DNA of 63,303 bases, counting the filler, from Dimorphilus gyrociliatus (Eukaryota; Animalia; Annelida), in NCBI GenBank assembly GCA_904063045.1. It is 3 parts of 3 records of this genome, joined end to end, with 100 filler letters (N's around TTAATTAATTAA, not from the genome) between each part and the next. Parts side by side here need not be neighbours in the genome. Positions count along the whole stretch, not along the records: positions 47,391 to 63,303 come from CAJFCJ010000227.1; 2 more parts are not named here. One strand, given 5' to 3'. The notes beneath the pieces are model-generated. The model worked only from the letters and a program-made list of their open reading frames with translations, made no database searches and had not been told where the DNA came from. The stretch's first letter is position 1; every line of letters starts with the position of its first letter. Position numbers and translations under genes: made by a program. Below, piece after piece: positions 48,429 through 60,771 of this stretch.

Positions 48429-48836
48429 GTTGTGTATATGACAAAGTTGGGTGCATGGCCTTCAAAATACAAGTTAAAGGTTTTTTTCTTGTGGAATATG
48501 TGATTTATGCAACATCGTGCCTTTATGTCACATATCCAACATAATTGGGCGGGTCAAAAATAAGGGTTAGGAACAATGACTGCTTAGAGCTAAATATCTT
48601 TTTGACCCATATGGATAATTTTTATCTAAACAAATCATAATAAATTGATCATTAACTACGTAGGTATAACGTGAATCCCATTAATATCTAAATTATTGAC
48701 ACATTAATCAAATATTAGATTTGTCTATTTTACTGGAAGCATTATAAATTATTAATTTAGGATTACTTGGTAGTCAATATAAAAATCTTCAATGTTCTGA
48801 CAAACAGAGATAAAGAATAGAGAAACAGAGACTATT

Positions 48837-49763
48837 ATGGACATCTTTATGGTGCAAATTACTAATTCTACTGAAAATGTAGATTTTATATTAACTGATT
48901 TAGAAATACTACTCATTAAAATATTCTTTTACATTCTCACAAGTCTTGGAATACTCCATGGTTTTGTATTATTTTTACTTTTGAAATATAGAAATGTACA
49001 TGAAACAATTGTAATATTTATTCCAGCAGTAAAAATAACAGATTTGATTTCTACATTATGGAATGTTTTAGAAATGAAAGTTTTTGATTTATATAATCAA
49101 GATGAATTACATCCATTTTTATGTATTTTGTTAAATTTGTCACAAGTAATTATTTTTAACCAATCACAAATGTTTCTGTTATTTTGTTTTATATATAGAT
49201 ACATTATGATTAAATTTCCTTTGGAATATGAAACTTACATAACGTGTAGAAAATCAATTTTTATTATTTTTCTTGTTGTTTTCATATCATTTTTATTTTC
49301 TCTGTTTCCATGTTATATTCCATTATTTGGGTATAACAAACATTTGGTATGTCAGGGTCATATGGCTTTTAGAGATGAATATACTTTTATATATCAATCT
49401 TCATTTTTACCAACAATTATTGGAGCTACAATATTACATATAAAAATTTTAAAAATTGCAAAAAAACATGCTAATGAAATGGAAATTCAAACAAAGAAGA
49501 TACAAAATATTTCGAAATCTTCAAAAGCAACTTTAATACAACTAATACTAATGATTTGTTTATGGACTTTTTATTTAATAATCACAATAACATTTACATA
49601 TTTTCCAAGTTTAATTGCATATAAAGCATCAGAAATTGGCGTCTTAATTCTTCTTATTCAAAAAATTTGCAATCCAATTATCACTGTTATGGGAAATTCA
49701 CAAATAAAATCATCAGCAGTTAATATTTTCAAGAAAACAAGGACAATATCACCAGTTTCATGA
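48837..49763 (+). CDS. Intronless divergent class A-like orphan GPCR
   Basis: Seven hydrophobic segments; KITD, TM3 Cys, FIYRYIMIKFPLEY, ICNPII. Confidence 0.8.
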   Translation: MDIFMVQITNSTENVDFILTDLEILLIKIFFYILTSLGILHGFVLFLLLKYRNVHETIVIFIPAVKITDLISTLWNVLEMKVFDLYNQDELHPFLCILLNLSQVIIFNQSQMFLLFCFIYRYIMIKFPLEYETYITCRKSIFIIFLVVFISFLFSLFPCYIPLFGYNKHLVCQGHMAFRDEYTFIYQSSFLPTIIGATILHIKILKIAKKHANEMEIQTKKIQNISKSSKATLIQLILMICLWTFYLIITITFTYFPSLIAYKASEIGVLILLIQKICNPIITVMGNSQIKSSAVNIFKKTRTISPVS

Positions 49764-49987
49764 TAAATCATTGTCTCCGCTTTCTTGTATGTTGTAAAGA
49801 AATTGCCTATTTGAAGGACATAATTGTAATAATTTTTTTTGTTGTCTTAAATGTATCTCTCTAGTAGACAATAGGTTTCCATGATAATAAAAGAAATATC
49901 TTAAATAGTTAATTAATAGTTATAGAAATATATAAAAGAGACTTTTCCCGGATAGAATGCTTATGATACAAAACCTAATGTGGGACC

Positions 49988-50182
49988 GGTCGAAAACGGC
50001 CATAAATGAAATATTTGAAAGTTAGATTTCAGCCTGGGAAATGGTTAGGAGGAATAAGATAACTGTTGATATGTTCTTAGGAGGATCCTATCTAAGGGTT
50101 AGGGGTATTCAAAAAGGTTAGGCAAAAACAAGGCCTGGGTTAGGGTTAGGGTAAAACCATAGATTTATGGCCGTTTTCTACC
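49988..50182. mobile_element. MITE-like element with 20-bp TIRs and internal TTAGGG-like units
   Basis: GGTCGAAAACGGCCATAAAT / ATTTATGGCCGTTTTCTACC (1 mismatch). GGGTTAGGGTTAGGGT inside. Second partial copy at 36803. No clear TSD. Confidence 0.6.
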
Positions 50183-52249
50183 ACATCCACCTAACCTGAC
50201 CCAACTAAATGTTCCAAATGGTGCATTTCCTCACTAACTCTCACAACTGATAATATACTATAAGAGAGATTTATTAAGGCTCTCAATTTTCCAATCTGAA
50301 ACATTTAAGCATCTTTAAAATTTTATACCATGCTGTAACTAGTCTTAATCGACATTCTTAACTGTCATATTTAAAGTAGTGAGCAATGATTTTGTTTCTA
50401 TAATATTACTTAGCAACAGGAAAAAAGAGAAAAAGAATAATCATTATGTTTTACTTGCTACTAACATATCTGTTGAGTATGGAAGAATCTTTATTCTTCT
50501 GTATTCCGATATGGGAACCATGAAAAATGCAATTGAAATCTAAGATGAGATTTAGATAGAAAATATTAAAAAAACAATTTCCAATTAAGAAAAATATAAT
50601 TCTAAACTATTTTTACAGAAAAATATTCTTTAAAATGGTGTTCGTTTATTAGTGAAAATGAACGTGTTAGTGTTTAGAACTCTTGTTAAAGATGCCTTTT
50701 CTAATGCCTCCTGGAAACTTCCTTTTCCTTTCGCTTTTCTGCTATCAAGACTTTTCAGAATTGAGGCAAGTCCAAAACACGTACAATAACATATTGAAAT
50801 TACACTCAAAATCTGAAAAGTTGTAAACAAAAAAAGTAAAAAATGAATACTTGAAATATTTGTATGAATGGGAAAATGTTTACACCAGTGTTGTCTAAGG
50901 TATTATATAAAATTATTCATATAAAAAGAGGAGGCATTGTCTTCTCGTCTTTTTTTAGATGATGTGATATTTCTGATCAAACAATCTCAAAGTTTGCAAG
51001 CGTGGTCATAAAAATTTTCCATTCCTACCTATTGTATAACTTTACCATATTATCTGGTACATAGGGCTCTTGAGGTGTTGCCACTCTCTCTGACTGGTTG
51101 TCAATCACTGTTTCACTTGTATTTTTGTTTTGAAATATAGGATGATGAAGAGAAGGAGAATAAAATGTGTCAGTATTCTGATCTCTACCTTGATTATTTT
51201 GCTGTTTGGAAGTATCTTCACAGCAGAAATCAGTCTATTTTTGAATAAATAAAGACAGTTACAAAATATTGTCATAAAAATATAATATAATATTACAAAC
51301 ATAAAATAATAATGGTTTGTTTTCCTCTTGACTTAATGATGGGTTGGAAGGCTTCTCAGTACTTTTTTCTTCCATCTTATCAGTCTTGCTGCTTTATTTG
51401 GGCTTGAAAAAAAACTTATCATGTTAGCTTATCAATTAGAGTGTATATGTAGAAATACATTCATTAGCTTTACTTTGTTATAGGCAAGTAGCTTTGAACT
51501 AGTATGTCGGCACAAAGCTGTTCAATTCTACAGCTAATTGTAGATATTTACAACTGAACTCCAACATTATTTAGAATATAAAAACCAGCTAGGCGTTCTC
51601 TTCCCATTTTCTATGAATATTTGTGTGAATGAGTGTTCTGGTAAATGATTGTTGAGAACAAATACATCTATTATAGTTTGGAGATTCCTACAGTTATGAT
51701 AGAATACAGTATTCAGTATAAGTCATTTCTTTCTCTCAATGACCCTGGAGACCTTTTCTTTCATTCTCATTCCAAAAATAAATCTCTGGGATCCAATTAC
51801 TGAATTACTTGTCATGTCTTCCTTGGCTTATCAAGTCATATTTAAAAAGATAACAACAGTGTATATTTGTTAATATATAAATGAAAAGAAATAAATACCC
51901 AATGAAATTGAAGTTAGAAACACTAGCACCTTTCAATGCTAACTTCAGCTACAAAAGATCACACTCCTGCCTTAAAATATAACTATCTTAGCACTAAAAA
52001 GCTCCCAAAGATAATATGTGTAATAAGACTTTTAAAGGTCTTTAATACAAATGTTTTTCCCAACTATTCATCTTACTTACAGAAGATAAAGAGCGAGATG
52101 CTGTATAAACGAAAATGATAAGTAATCTTTCGAATGCTGCTCCATCTTACATTAGCATTTTATGTAGCATTTCATGCCACAAAGAAGAAAAGACTTCTCG
52201 CCAATATCTTTATCTTCTTGATCCAAGTGTGAAATAAATAAAGGAGATA

Positions 52250-52782
52250 AACTATATACAACCTTATTAAGTTTTTGCAAAATCTTGGCTTTTACCAATA
52301 ATTTTAAAGTTAGAACTGTGAAAATCAATGAAACGAGATTTATTGATGAGGAATTAAATGATATTTTCAGACAATCCAATTACATTCAAGGAGATTACTT
52401 CTCGGACAATACAAGATTAAGAGAATTACAACAATAAAATTAAAAGATATGAATATAGATATTCTTGATTTGTTTTAATATTTGTAAGAAATTCTTAATT
52501 AACTCAATGTTAGAGATTAGTATAAATGAAGGCGTGAAAAATTCTCTCTCTCAAACAACATTGGAAGGTATTACAACAAAATTTAAATATTTATAAGTTC
52601 TAAAGCTGAAAAACATTTCATTTCATGATGACTTAGAAGATTCTTCAACAAACCTAAAATCTAACAGTTTACAGCAATTAAAATTAAAGAACTGCAATTT
52701 AAGATATAATAACTTTAATTCTCTTTACATTGATTGTCCAAATTTAATTGATATTGATCTCTCTAAAAATAGGATGGCAGGT
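52250..52782 (+). pseudogene. LRR gene fragment
   Basis: VLKLKNISF, LQQLKLKNCNL, CPNLIDIDLSKNRMAG followed by GT; several stops. Confidence 0.4.
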
Positions 52783-53199
52783 ATGAAATTTTTTTCAACT
52801 TTCATGCGGATATCACTGCTCTTTTTTGGAAGGAGGGGTAGAAGATGGAAGAGAAATTGAAAACTTCAATTTAAAATTTGTCTATCTTAGTTTAAAACAG
52901 GACACTGTGACATTTTGTGCACTATTATAGGCTTAAAACATGTCTTTCATATATATTTATATACATTAGTATGGACTTGTTTATGCCAAACGGAATTCTT
53001 TTTACTCACAGTTCATAATTTACATAAAGTTTTGGAAATAATTTTCAGATACTCTCTACTTCTCCCAGTTTACAAATTATTTACATATTTTTGTGAGTAT
53101 GTATAATTCTGTACTTTTTGGAAAAGGCAAGTAAATTTTCCATACCTCCCCTATATTTTATATATTTATCAATTTTTTAATGAAACATACATTTAGAAA

Positions 53200-53740
53200 T
53201 ATTAGTATTTTAGCTTCAAGCCATTTTTTTCAATGCAGTTCAATCCTCTCTTTAGCAGGGCAATTAAATCCTTCTGTCTTTTATTCAGAATTTCCAATTT
53301 TTTTTGGATACAGTTCCACAAAGTTTCCTTTGTAGTAAATTGGGGGCAGTTATATGCAAGATTTTTCAACATGTGCATGCATTCTTTATGGGGGAAAGAT
53401 CTGGGGAGTAAGTTGGCCAAGGTAATACTTTGCACCTTCCAGTCTCAAAATACTTTAGGATAATTTTTGCTTTGTGGCAAGGAGCATTGTCCTGTTGGAA
53501 GATGAAATTCTTCCCATATCTTTTTTTGTGCACTTTTTTTCGATCCTGGAAATATGGAAGAAACTATCAGGCCCCATACATCCCCAGATCATTTCTCCTT
53601 CATCACCCATTGGATGCTTTGTTCTTAAGTTTTCTTTTTCTTGGTTGAACTGCCAGGTTTGAAAATTGTCTGGCCCATCCAAGCTGAATCTACACTCATC
53701 AGATATAATTGTTTTGTCCAAGTCAAATTTATTTTCAAAC
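53200..53740 (-). mobile_element. Tc1 transposase remnant
   Basis: ISDECRFSLDGPD, FQQDNAPCHKA, PWPTYSPDL. Confidence 0.8.
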
Positions 53741-54884
53741 CAGCCTCTACAAATTTCAATTACATCGGTTTACTATTCATCTAATACTGGATGTGACAGA
53801 AAAAGTCCTCAACTTGCTTTAACCCTAACCCTAAGCTAACACTAGGCTCTGTCTAATGTTCCCTCTATATCGAGTAAACGATATGTTTACATAAGTCTTT
53901 ATCATCTATCATAGTTTCCAATTCTATTAAACGGAATCAATGTTCAGTGCCGAGCAATGTCAGGAATATAGAGGTAGGACAATAAAACATGCCGAAACTG
54001 ATATATATGAGTGACGAATTTAAGTCACCCAGTAAAAAAAAAATATGACGAATAGTTAATATAACAAGTCGTAGGACAAAAGGCAAAGATGGTCTTCATT
54101 GAGTTAGCGGTTAGTTAGGCATACTAGCACCTAAATTCTTTCATGTTAGTAGTATAATAGAAAATTTCCTGATCAAATTATTTGGCTTTAATCTGTTTTT
54201 ACTCTTTGGACGAAAAGAGAATTGGTAAATTGCACCTATATATTAATTAATATCCATTACTGTGGTTAATTAATATCCCATATAATTTCCGGCACATGTT
54301 ACCATAATTGCAATTGGTAATTTTTCCGATTCATCATATCCTTTAACAATCTCATTGTTCTTAATTGATATTGAAACGTTAATCACTCATTGTAATTAAG
54401 AATACCACCTGTTTATATTGTTAACGAGCTTTTTTACAGTAACTTTTAAATTACAAATTCGTGTGAAAATTTCACGTTTGTCATGCTGTTTACTTCTTGG
54501 TAAGTAATAATAAGATTGGTAAGTGTGTTGATGATATATTGAAGACAGATGTATTGAGATCTTTCTAATTTCTAAAATTTACACTCTTAAAAATATCATA
54601 TATGATGGATATGATAAATCAAGATAATTAGTTATTGAATCTGCACCATATTTTCATAATGATCTTTCGCCCACTTAGTTCATATAAAAACTCAGAACAG
54701 ATGTCTTTTTCAACACTCGCACCATTGAGTAAGTGGACACGGTTGAAAATATTTTTTAAATATGTGGAAACTCTTTATAGTTGCAATTTTGTGTTTTTTC
54801 GAACTAAAAACTGCAGGTTACGAACTACAAATTATTTTTATTCCTCAAAATATTCTTTGTTTAAAAAAATGTCTCTTTTTACAG

Positions 54885-55228
54885 TATCAGAAAAAGGAGT
54901 AGCATGCGAGCACAAAAGGTTGAATGTGAAATGTCCCAAAGGACAAACTATTAAAATTGAAACAGCAAAATACGGAAGAGACAAGGGAGATATAAAAACT
55001 TGTTTTAGGCCATCTGTAAAGAGTTTTGCAAAAAAAATTTTATCAAGCAATTGCGAGGCGCCATCCACGTTTGGTAAAGTGAAGGTAAAATGTAATGGCA
55101 AGTCAAGATGTGTTATTCCTGCCTCAAATAGGGCATTTGGTGATCCGTGCAGAGGGATATCTAAATACGTCAGAGTTGTGTATAGCTGCCTTCCACGTAA
55201 GATATTAGAATATTTATTTATATATGCG

Positions 55229-55261
<33 letters not shown>

Positions 55262-56238
55262 TTGTAAACCAAACCAAAAGCAAAAGGAAAGCTAAAAGGA
55301 AAACCAAAAGGAAAACCAAATGGAAAACCAAATGGAAAACCAAATGAAAAACCAAATGGAAAACCAAATGGAAAACCAAATGGAAAACCAAATGGAAAAC
55401 CAAATGGAAAACCAAATGGAAAACCAAATGGAAAACCAAATGGAAAACCAAAAGCACCCTCAAAACCACATCCGAAACCAAAGACTGAAGGTAACGAAAA
55501 GAGAAAAATTTATTTTTGAATTTTAAAGTTTCTTCATTTGAAAAAAATCCTACACTTTTTTCAGTTTTGCACTCCAAAGTAGTTTGTGAACACGAAAGTT
55601 TGAACATGAAATGTCCAAGTGGAGATGTTATTAGAGTTCAATCAGCAAAATATGGTAGAGATATGGGAGACGTAAAAACCTGTTATGAGATGTCGTTAGA
55701 ATATTATCTGTTAAGAATTAAATTCAGTAATTGTGAAGCACAATCCGTTTTGGAAGGAATAGTAACGGCTTGTAATAATATGGGACAGTGCTCTGTTCCA
55801 GCCTCAAATGATCAGTTTGGTGATCCTTGCCCAGGGATACATAAGTACTTGAGAGTAGTTTATAACTGTATTCCAGGTGAGTTCAAAAACTGGCTTATCT
55901 ACTATATAATACATTTTCTTACTATATTCACAGCCTCATTGGAGGACTATGAACGCCATCCTGATACAAAATATCCCGGAAATGACATTGAAAAAGTATC
56001 AAAGGTCAGTGTTGGTGAATGCGGTGAAGTTTGCAATTACGAAGATGATTGTGTTGGCTTTGTTTATCATCATGATAAAAGGACATGCTTTACCAAATAT
56101 TATATTGACGAATATGATGATGTAAATTTTGAACCTCTTGAAAATACCGATGTTTATATAAAGATGGAAGACGCAGAAGACGCGGTAGAAGATGCAGAAG
56201 AAGACGTGGAAGAAGACGCAGAAGACACGGAAGATTAA
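54885..56238 (+). CDS. Multi-exon lectin: SUEL/rhamnose-binding domain, (KPNG)n linker, SUEL, PAN/Apple, acidic tail; first exon not located
   Basis: ACEH..CP..AKYGR..PASNRAFGDPC..KY twice; DCVGFVY..CFTK. Phase-1 exons 54885-55196, ~55281-55490, 55565-55876, 55934-56238. Confidence 0.8.
55288..55452 (+). repeat. 12-bp minisatellite CCAAATGGAAAA (~11 units plus degenerate units) encoding Pro-Asn-Gly-Lys
   Basis: Counted directly. Frame set by the phase-1 donor at 55491. Confidence 0.85.
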
Positions 56239-58865
56239 TGTCTAGTCATTACTTTTCTTTTGAATATTTAAACACCATCTATAATGTTTATGCTTACTGC
56301 AATACACCTATACTACCTTAGCAGTATGAACAGCATCTGAAATTTCTATTCTATAAAGGCGATCTTCAGGATCTTGCCTCTTTAATTGCTATTGGAAGGA
56401 ATCAAGAATCGGTTGATGAAATATTTGTCTGTGAAAAGCTGTTCACCGAAATATAGATGAAGTTAAAACAGGCTGCTTTAAACCATCTTTAAATCTGATA
56501 TAATATATTAGTTGATTTTCCTTTAAACCCAGAAAGAGTGCATTCTTAATATAAAAGAGTCATTACTCCGCAAGTCGATCCAAAGTGTAAATGTCTAAAT
56601 ACTACCCATAATCATAGAATTAGCGTTATTTCATACAAATATACCCCTTATCTTTACCCTCATGGGATGTTTTGTCTTAACCCATCAATAACAGCCTTTC
56701 ATGAAATACATAAAGGTTAGGTTTTGCATTAGAAATTGGTTAGGAGCACTATTAACATCTACTCCCAATGGTCAAAACTAAGGGTTAAGTGTACTCAAGC
56801 GGGTTCGAATTACTTTTTAAAAGAAACACAGACACAAAAAGAAAGTAGAATCATCTTTCTCTATGAAAATATTCAATAAAATGATGTTGATCTATTTTTA
56901 ACAGTTGTGCAACAGTGGGAGAAATTATCCATTAAACAATTCCAATTGTTAATTGTAAACCGTTAAAGCTATTAGTGATGTTTTTATGATATTAATGACA
57001 TTCACCCATCAACAGCATTCCAAAAACTTTCGATTTCCTTAAAATGAATAACTGGCAAAAATTATAAAAAATGTGTCAAAAGATCTAGCTTTTCCCTTTG
57101 CTGACAATCTAAAATTGTCTCCTATTCAAATTATAATCTAAAAGTACATATGTTGTATTTTTTTTGAATATGCTAAACAATTACAAATATATGCAAATTT
57201 TTTAGTTATTACAGATATTCTTCATTTGAGATATTACATGTTTATCTCAGCCGTATTTACCTGAAGTCTTCACAGTTGATTTCTTGAGAAAATAGGAATC
57301 GTATGATGAATTAACTGACTTTAAAGAATAAACTTGATACTCCATATATTCACAAGGTAAGATATTTTACAAGTGGCGTGTTGAAAGTACAAGTTTTCTA
57401 ATTGAGATCAGAATTAAGGACTTATTGTTACAAAGCTATAACAAAGTAAACACAGTACACTTAGATTAATATATGCAGCCAAATATCTGTGATTGAATAA
57501 AGCAGGGTATTTGTTATTAAAACTAGCCGCTTATTTTTTCTTACATTAATGCTATAATTTTATTCTCTTGCTTTAGACACTGATTGCCTTAGCCTGCCCA
57601 TTATATTATAATAATTTCTTATTCTTCACCTCGAGAATAGCATAAAATTAGGATTTAGCCTTTCTTTTGTTTAAGATGTTTTGATAAAAAATATGAATGA
57701 ATGAACTTTCATAATGAAAATTAAAAGATATATTTTTACCAAAATTACAATTTTATGCGAAACTTTCGCGGCAATATTTTTTATATTTATACGATTGGAG
57801 TATTTTCGCTCAGAAACTGAGCATTGTACTCCATTTCTTTCAAAAATTTAATAGTTCATAAGAAAGAATTATATCATTTTAAACATAAGGATAAAAGATT
57901 ATGTTTATTCAAACCTAATCAAAAAGTAGAGATAATCTTTTTTTCTTTATTTATTTTATATTAAATTATTATTGAGTAAATTTAAGCTAGACAAAATCTT
58001 TAATAGCAAACAGAGGGCTATGGCCTTTTAAAACGTAACAATCAAAACGTAATACTTGCCAAGTGGCTCTCACAGGAATATGATTCAGTAGCTGAACTGA
58101 CTTAAGCATTTTAACATTCTTTCAAATAAATGTTTATCAGTGACTATTAAAAAAGAGCCTATCCTGCTTTTTTCAAAAACCATCTTATCAATTTTATTGA
58201 AAATTAAAAATTCACCAAGGAACTATGCAATAGAATAATCGTATTCACATGTAATAGTTTGGATTCTACAAAATTTTCAAATTTCTTTTAACAAGCAATT
58301 CAATTTAGTATTTTAATAGTTTTTACTTCTTGTGGTTCAGTCAATACTTGTTTGAATTAAGAGTATCGTTAAAATATAAAATAAGATAAACCTTTCAAAT
58401 TCAAAAAAAATTGAATTGTTGAAGTCAATGGAATAGAATCATCTTTGAATTATTTGAACTTTTCCAATTGGCATAATATATATTATTTTGGCATTTTCAA
58501 AAAGTTTTTTGGTAAAAATTTGAGACAATGCAATGATTTAGACTTTTTTGATGAGTGAAAATTTCACTTTTTCAGTTTTTTTGGAAAATTTTAATATCAA
58601 ATATCAAAATTTGGAAAAGTAGTTCAATTTTTTTTAATTATAGTTTACTTTAATCTCAATATATCGAGATTTAAGTTCTAAATATTTTCTATAAATATTC
58701 AGTATAAATTAATTGTTCAATATACATTAAATCTACATTTTTTATAATGGATTTTATACAAACATCCGTTAGAAAATTATTATCACGAATCCATATGGAA
58801 TATTTGAAATATTTGCAACAATCGCGGTTGATGAGAATTGTTATAAAGAATTAAGGGTTAGGGTT

Positions 58866-59190
58866 AGGTATTTGGTGTAGTGGTAACATAACTGACATGT
58901 AATCAGGAGACGTGGGTTCGAATCCCGCAATGCACCATGCTCGAAACCGAAAAGTCCTTATTTTTCCTTTATTGGATGCGATTTTCTGAGTTGTGCGGGC
59001 GTATCTCATCCGGTTCCCGTAACCGGAGGAACGGTCCTTGTATCACGTCTAATTGACAATTCAGGGTCCCAGTTCTTAAGAGATTAACCTGCCGTCATTC
59101 AGAATAGTTATTCTTCAATGTGGAACGCAACCTTCCAAGGGTATCACTCAGGGAGAAAGTGAGAGTGCTACTCTAGGGCGTTAAAACCCT
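58866..59190 (+). mobile_element. tRNA-derived SINE-like element (pseudo-tRNA head 58866-58937 plus a GC-richer body)
   Basis: A box TGGTGTAGTGGTAA, B box GGTTCGAATCC. D, anticodon (TGT) and T arms fold, but the acceptor stem is broken and the loop lacks U33. Confidence 0.55.
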
Positions 59191-60692
59191 AACCCCAAGA
59201 CCTAACCTAATTTGACAAATGTCAATAGATATTTCAATCGTGTTAAGTTTTATGCAAAGAGACAAATATTCAATTCTAATGCATACATAAATAATTCAGA
59301 CTTCGAAAGAATAAACAATATAAATGGCAAGGAATATGAAAAAATATTAATTTGGAATTGTAGTGATAGTGATGTTATTCTGGAATATAAGGTTTCTTTT
59401 TAAAAAAGCAATACATAACATTTGATTCTAGAATCAACAAATAAACTAGGCAAAAAATTGTTGAAAGCAATATGAAAGTATTGTATGGAAAGAAAATTAG
59501 TTGTCAATGTTAAAGAATTTATGAAAGGGGATAACGAAAACGTTATCCGATGGTACTTATAGCATATAGAGGGCTTTGTGGTCTAAACCTTCTCACTAGG
59601 TGGTTCTTAATTCCATAACGAATGACCAGTAGCTGCATTGTCTTCACTGCTTCATGATCTCTTCAAATAAGATTCATAATTACGGTGACTATTAAATTAA
59701 AGTTTATCCCGCTTTATTCAAAAAATTGAGAAACTTTTTCTATTTTCAAATATTTTGATTGATAAAAAATTTCTGTTACCAACAAAAACGTTTTAATTCA
59801 AAAACATTGTTTGGTATAAATCACCGCCAGCCATATACTGTATATGTACTTCTCAAATATACTGAAATCCATCTAACTTTTTCCATTAGCCCTAACCCTT
59901 AGAGGAAACCCTCCTAAGTACAAATCAGTCGCTCTCTTCTTCCTAACCGTTTCTTAATCCAAAATTTAGCCTTGAAATTTCTCATTTGTGGACGATTTCT
60001 GTCGACCCCGACTTGATCCACTTAGCCTCCTTTTTGGCATTCAGAAATCAGCTCTTTAGTTATCTAAGCTATTCGAAAGTACCAAGTGTCAGGTCAAGTT
60101 TATTGACGTCAGAAGTAGATGAGAAAGTGAGATATGTTACGTGATAATGTTACATGATAAAAGGATTTTGTCAGTTAATTCAAAGTATTTCACAGAAGCA
60201 GTCAATGTAATATGAGCTATATATAGCATATATGCAGTCAAAATACCTTTTCAAACACATATTTCAAGTTGCCCATCTAAGATTAGTTATACATGATTGA
60301 CATATTTAATAAATGTTATCTCGTTAGTATTCAGAGAGAGAGTACACAAACACTTCAAAATTTTTTTGATATGATATCAAAAACTAAAAAAACGGATTTA
60401 ATATTAAAAAAAGAGATCAATATGCATAGCTAGAACTTTAGACTTTGTTGGAAATGAACGCATATGATCTGTTATATTAGCATATTTCTTCAGCTTGTAA
60501 ACGATGTAACTACTTGAACAAGGCCGAAATATCTTTAGTTATCTCTTTAATATCTATGAATTCACAGTCAAGTGATAAATTCAACAGGCTGCTGATTCTA
60601 TATTTAGCTAACATGCGATTCATTACTTTCAGTTTTTATCTTGGAACAGATAAACAAACCATTTACTTTGAAAGCTATGATAACAGAATCTG

Positions 60693-60716
60693 TATATATA
60701 TATATATATATATATA
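60693..60716. repeat. (TA)12 microsatellite; similar (TA)n at 55229-55250 and 62681-62698
   Basis: Read directly from the sequence. Confidence 0.9.
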
Positions 60717-60771
60717 TTTAGTCTCTAATTCTTTATGGATTTCATTTGTCTACCTAGTAAGTAAAGCAGCA

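Noticed and set aside
50137-50152. True telomere or chromosome end
   Set aside because: Only 2-3 units, internal, with genes on both sides.
50640-51400. hAT/TTF zinc-finger transposase remnant on the minus strand
   Set aside because: Only weak hints (FFKPK, FQEALEK); too degenerate to support.
55218-55607. (VFHL)n membrane protein on the minus strand and (MENQ)n ORF on the plus strand
   Set aside because: Alternative frames of the 12-bp repeat. Splice phases favour the KPNG frame.
58866-58937. Functional tRNA-Thr(TGT)
   Set aside because: Acceptor stem pairs only about 5 of 7, the top anticodon-stem pair is mismatched, and U33 is replaced by A.
60514-60771. 5' extension of the NRF-6-like ORF
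   Set aside because: Runs through a (TA)n microsatellite. ATG 60772 is followed by a proper signal peptide.
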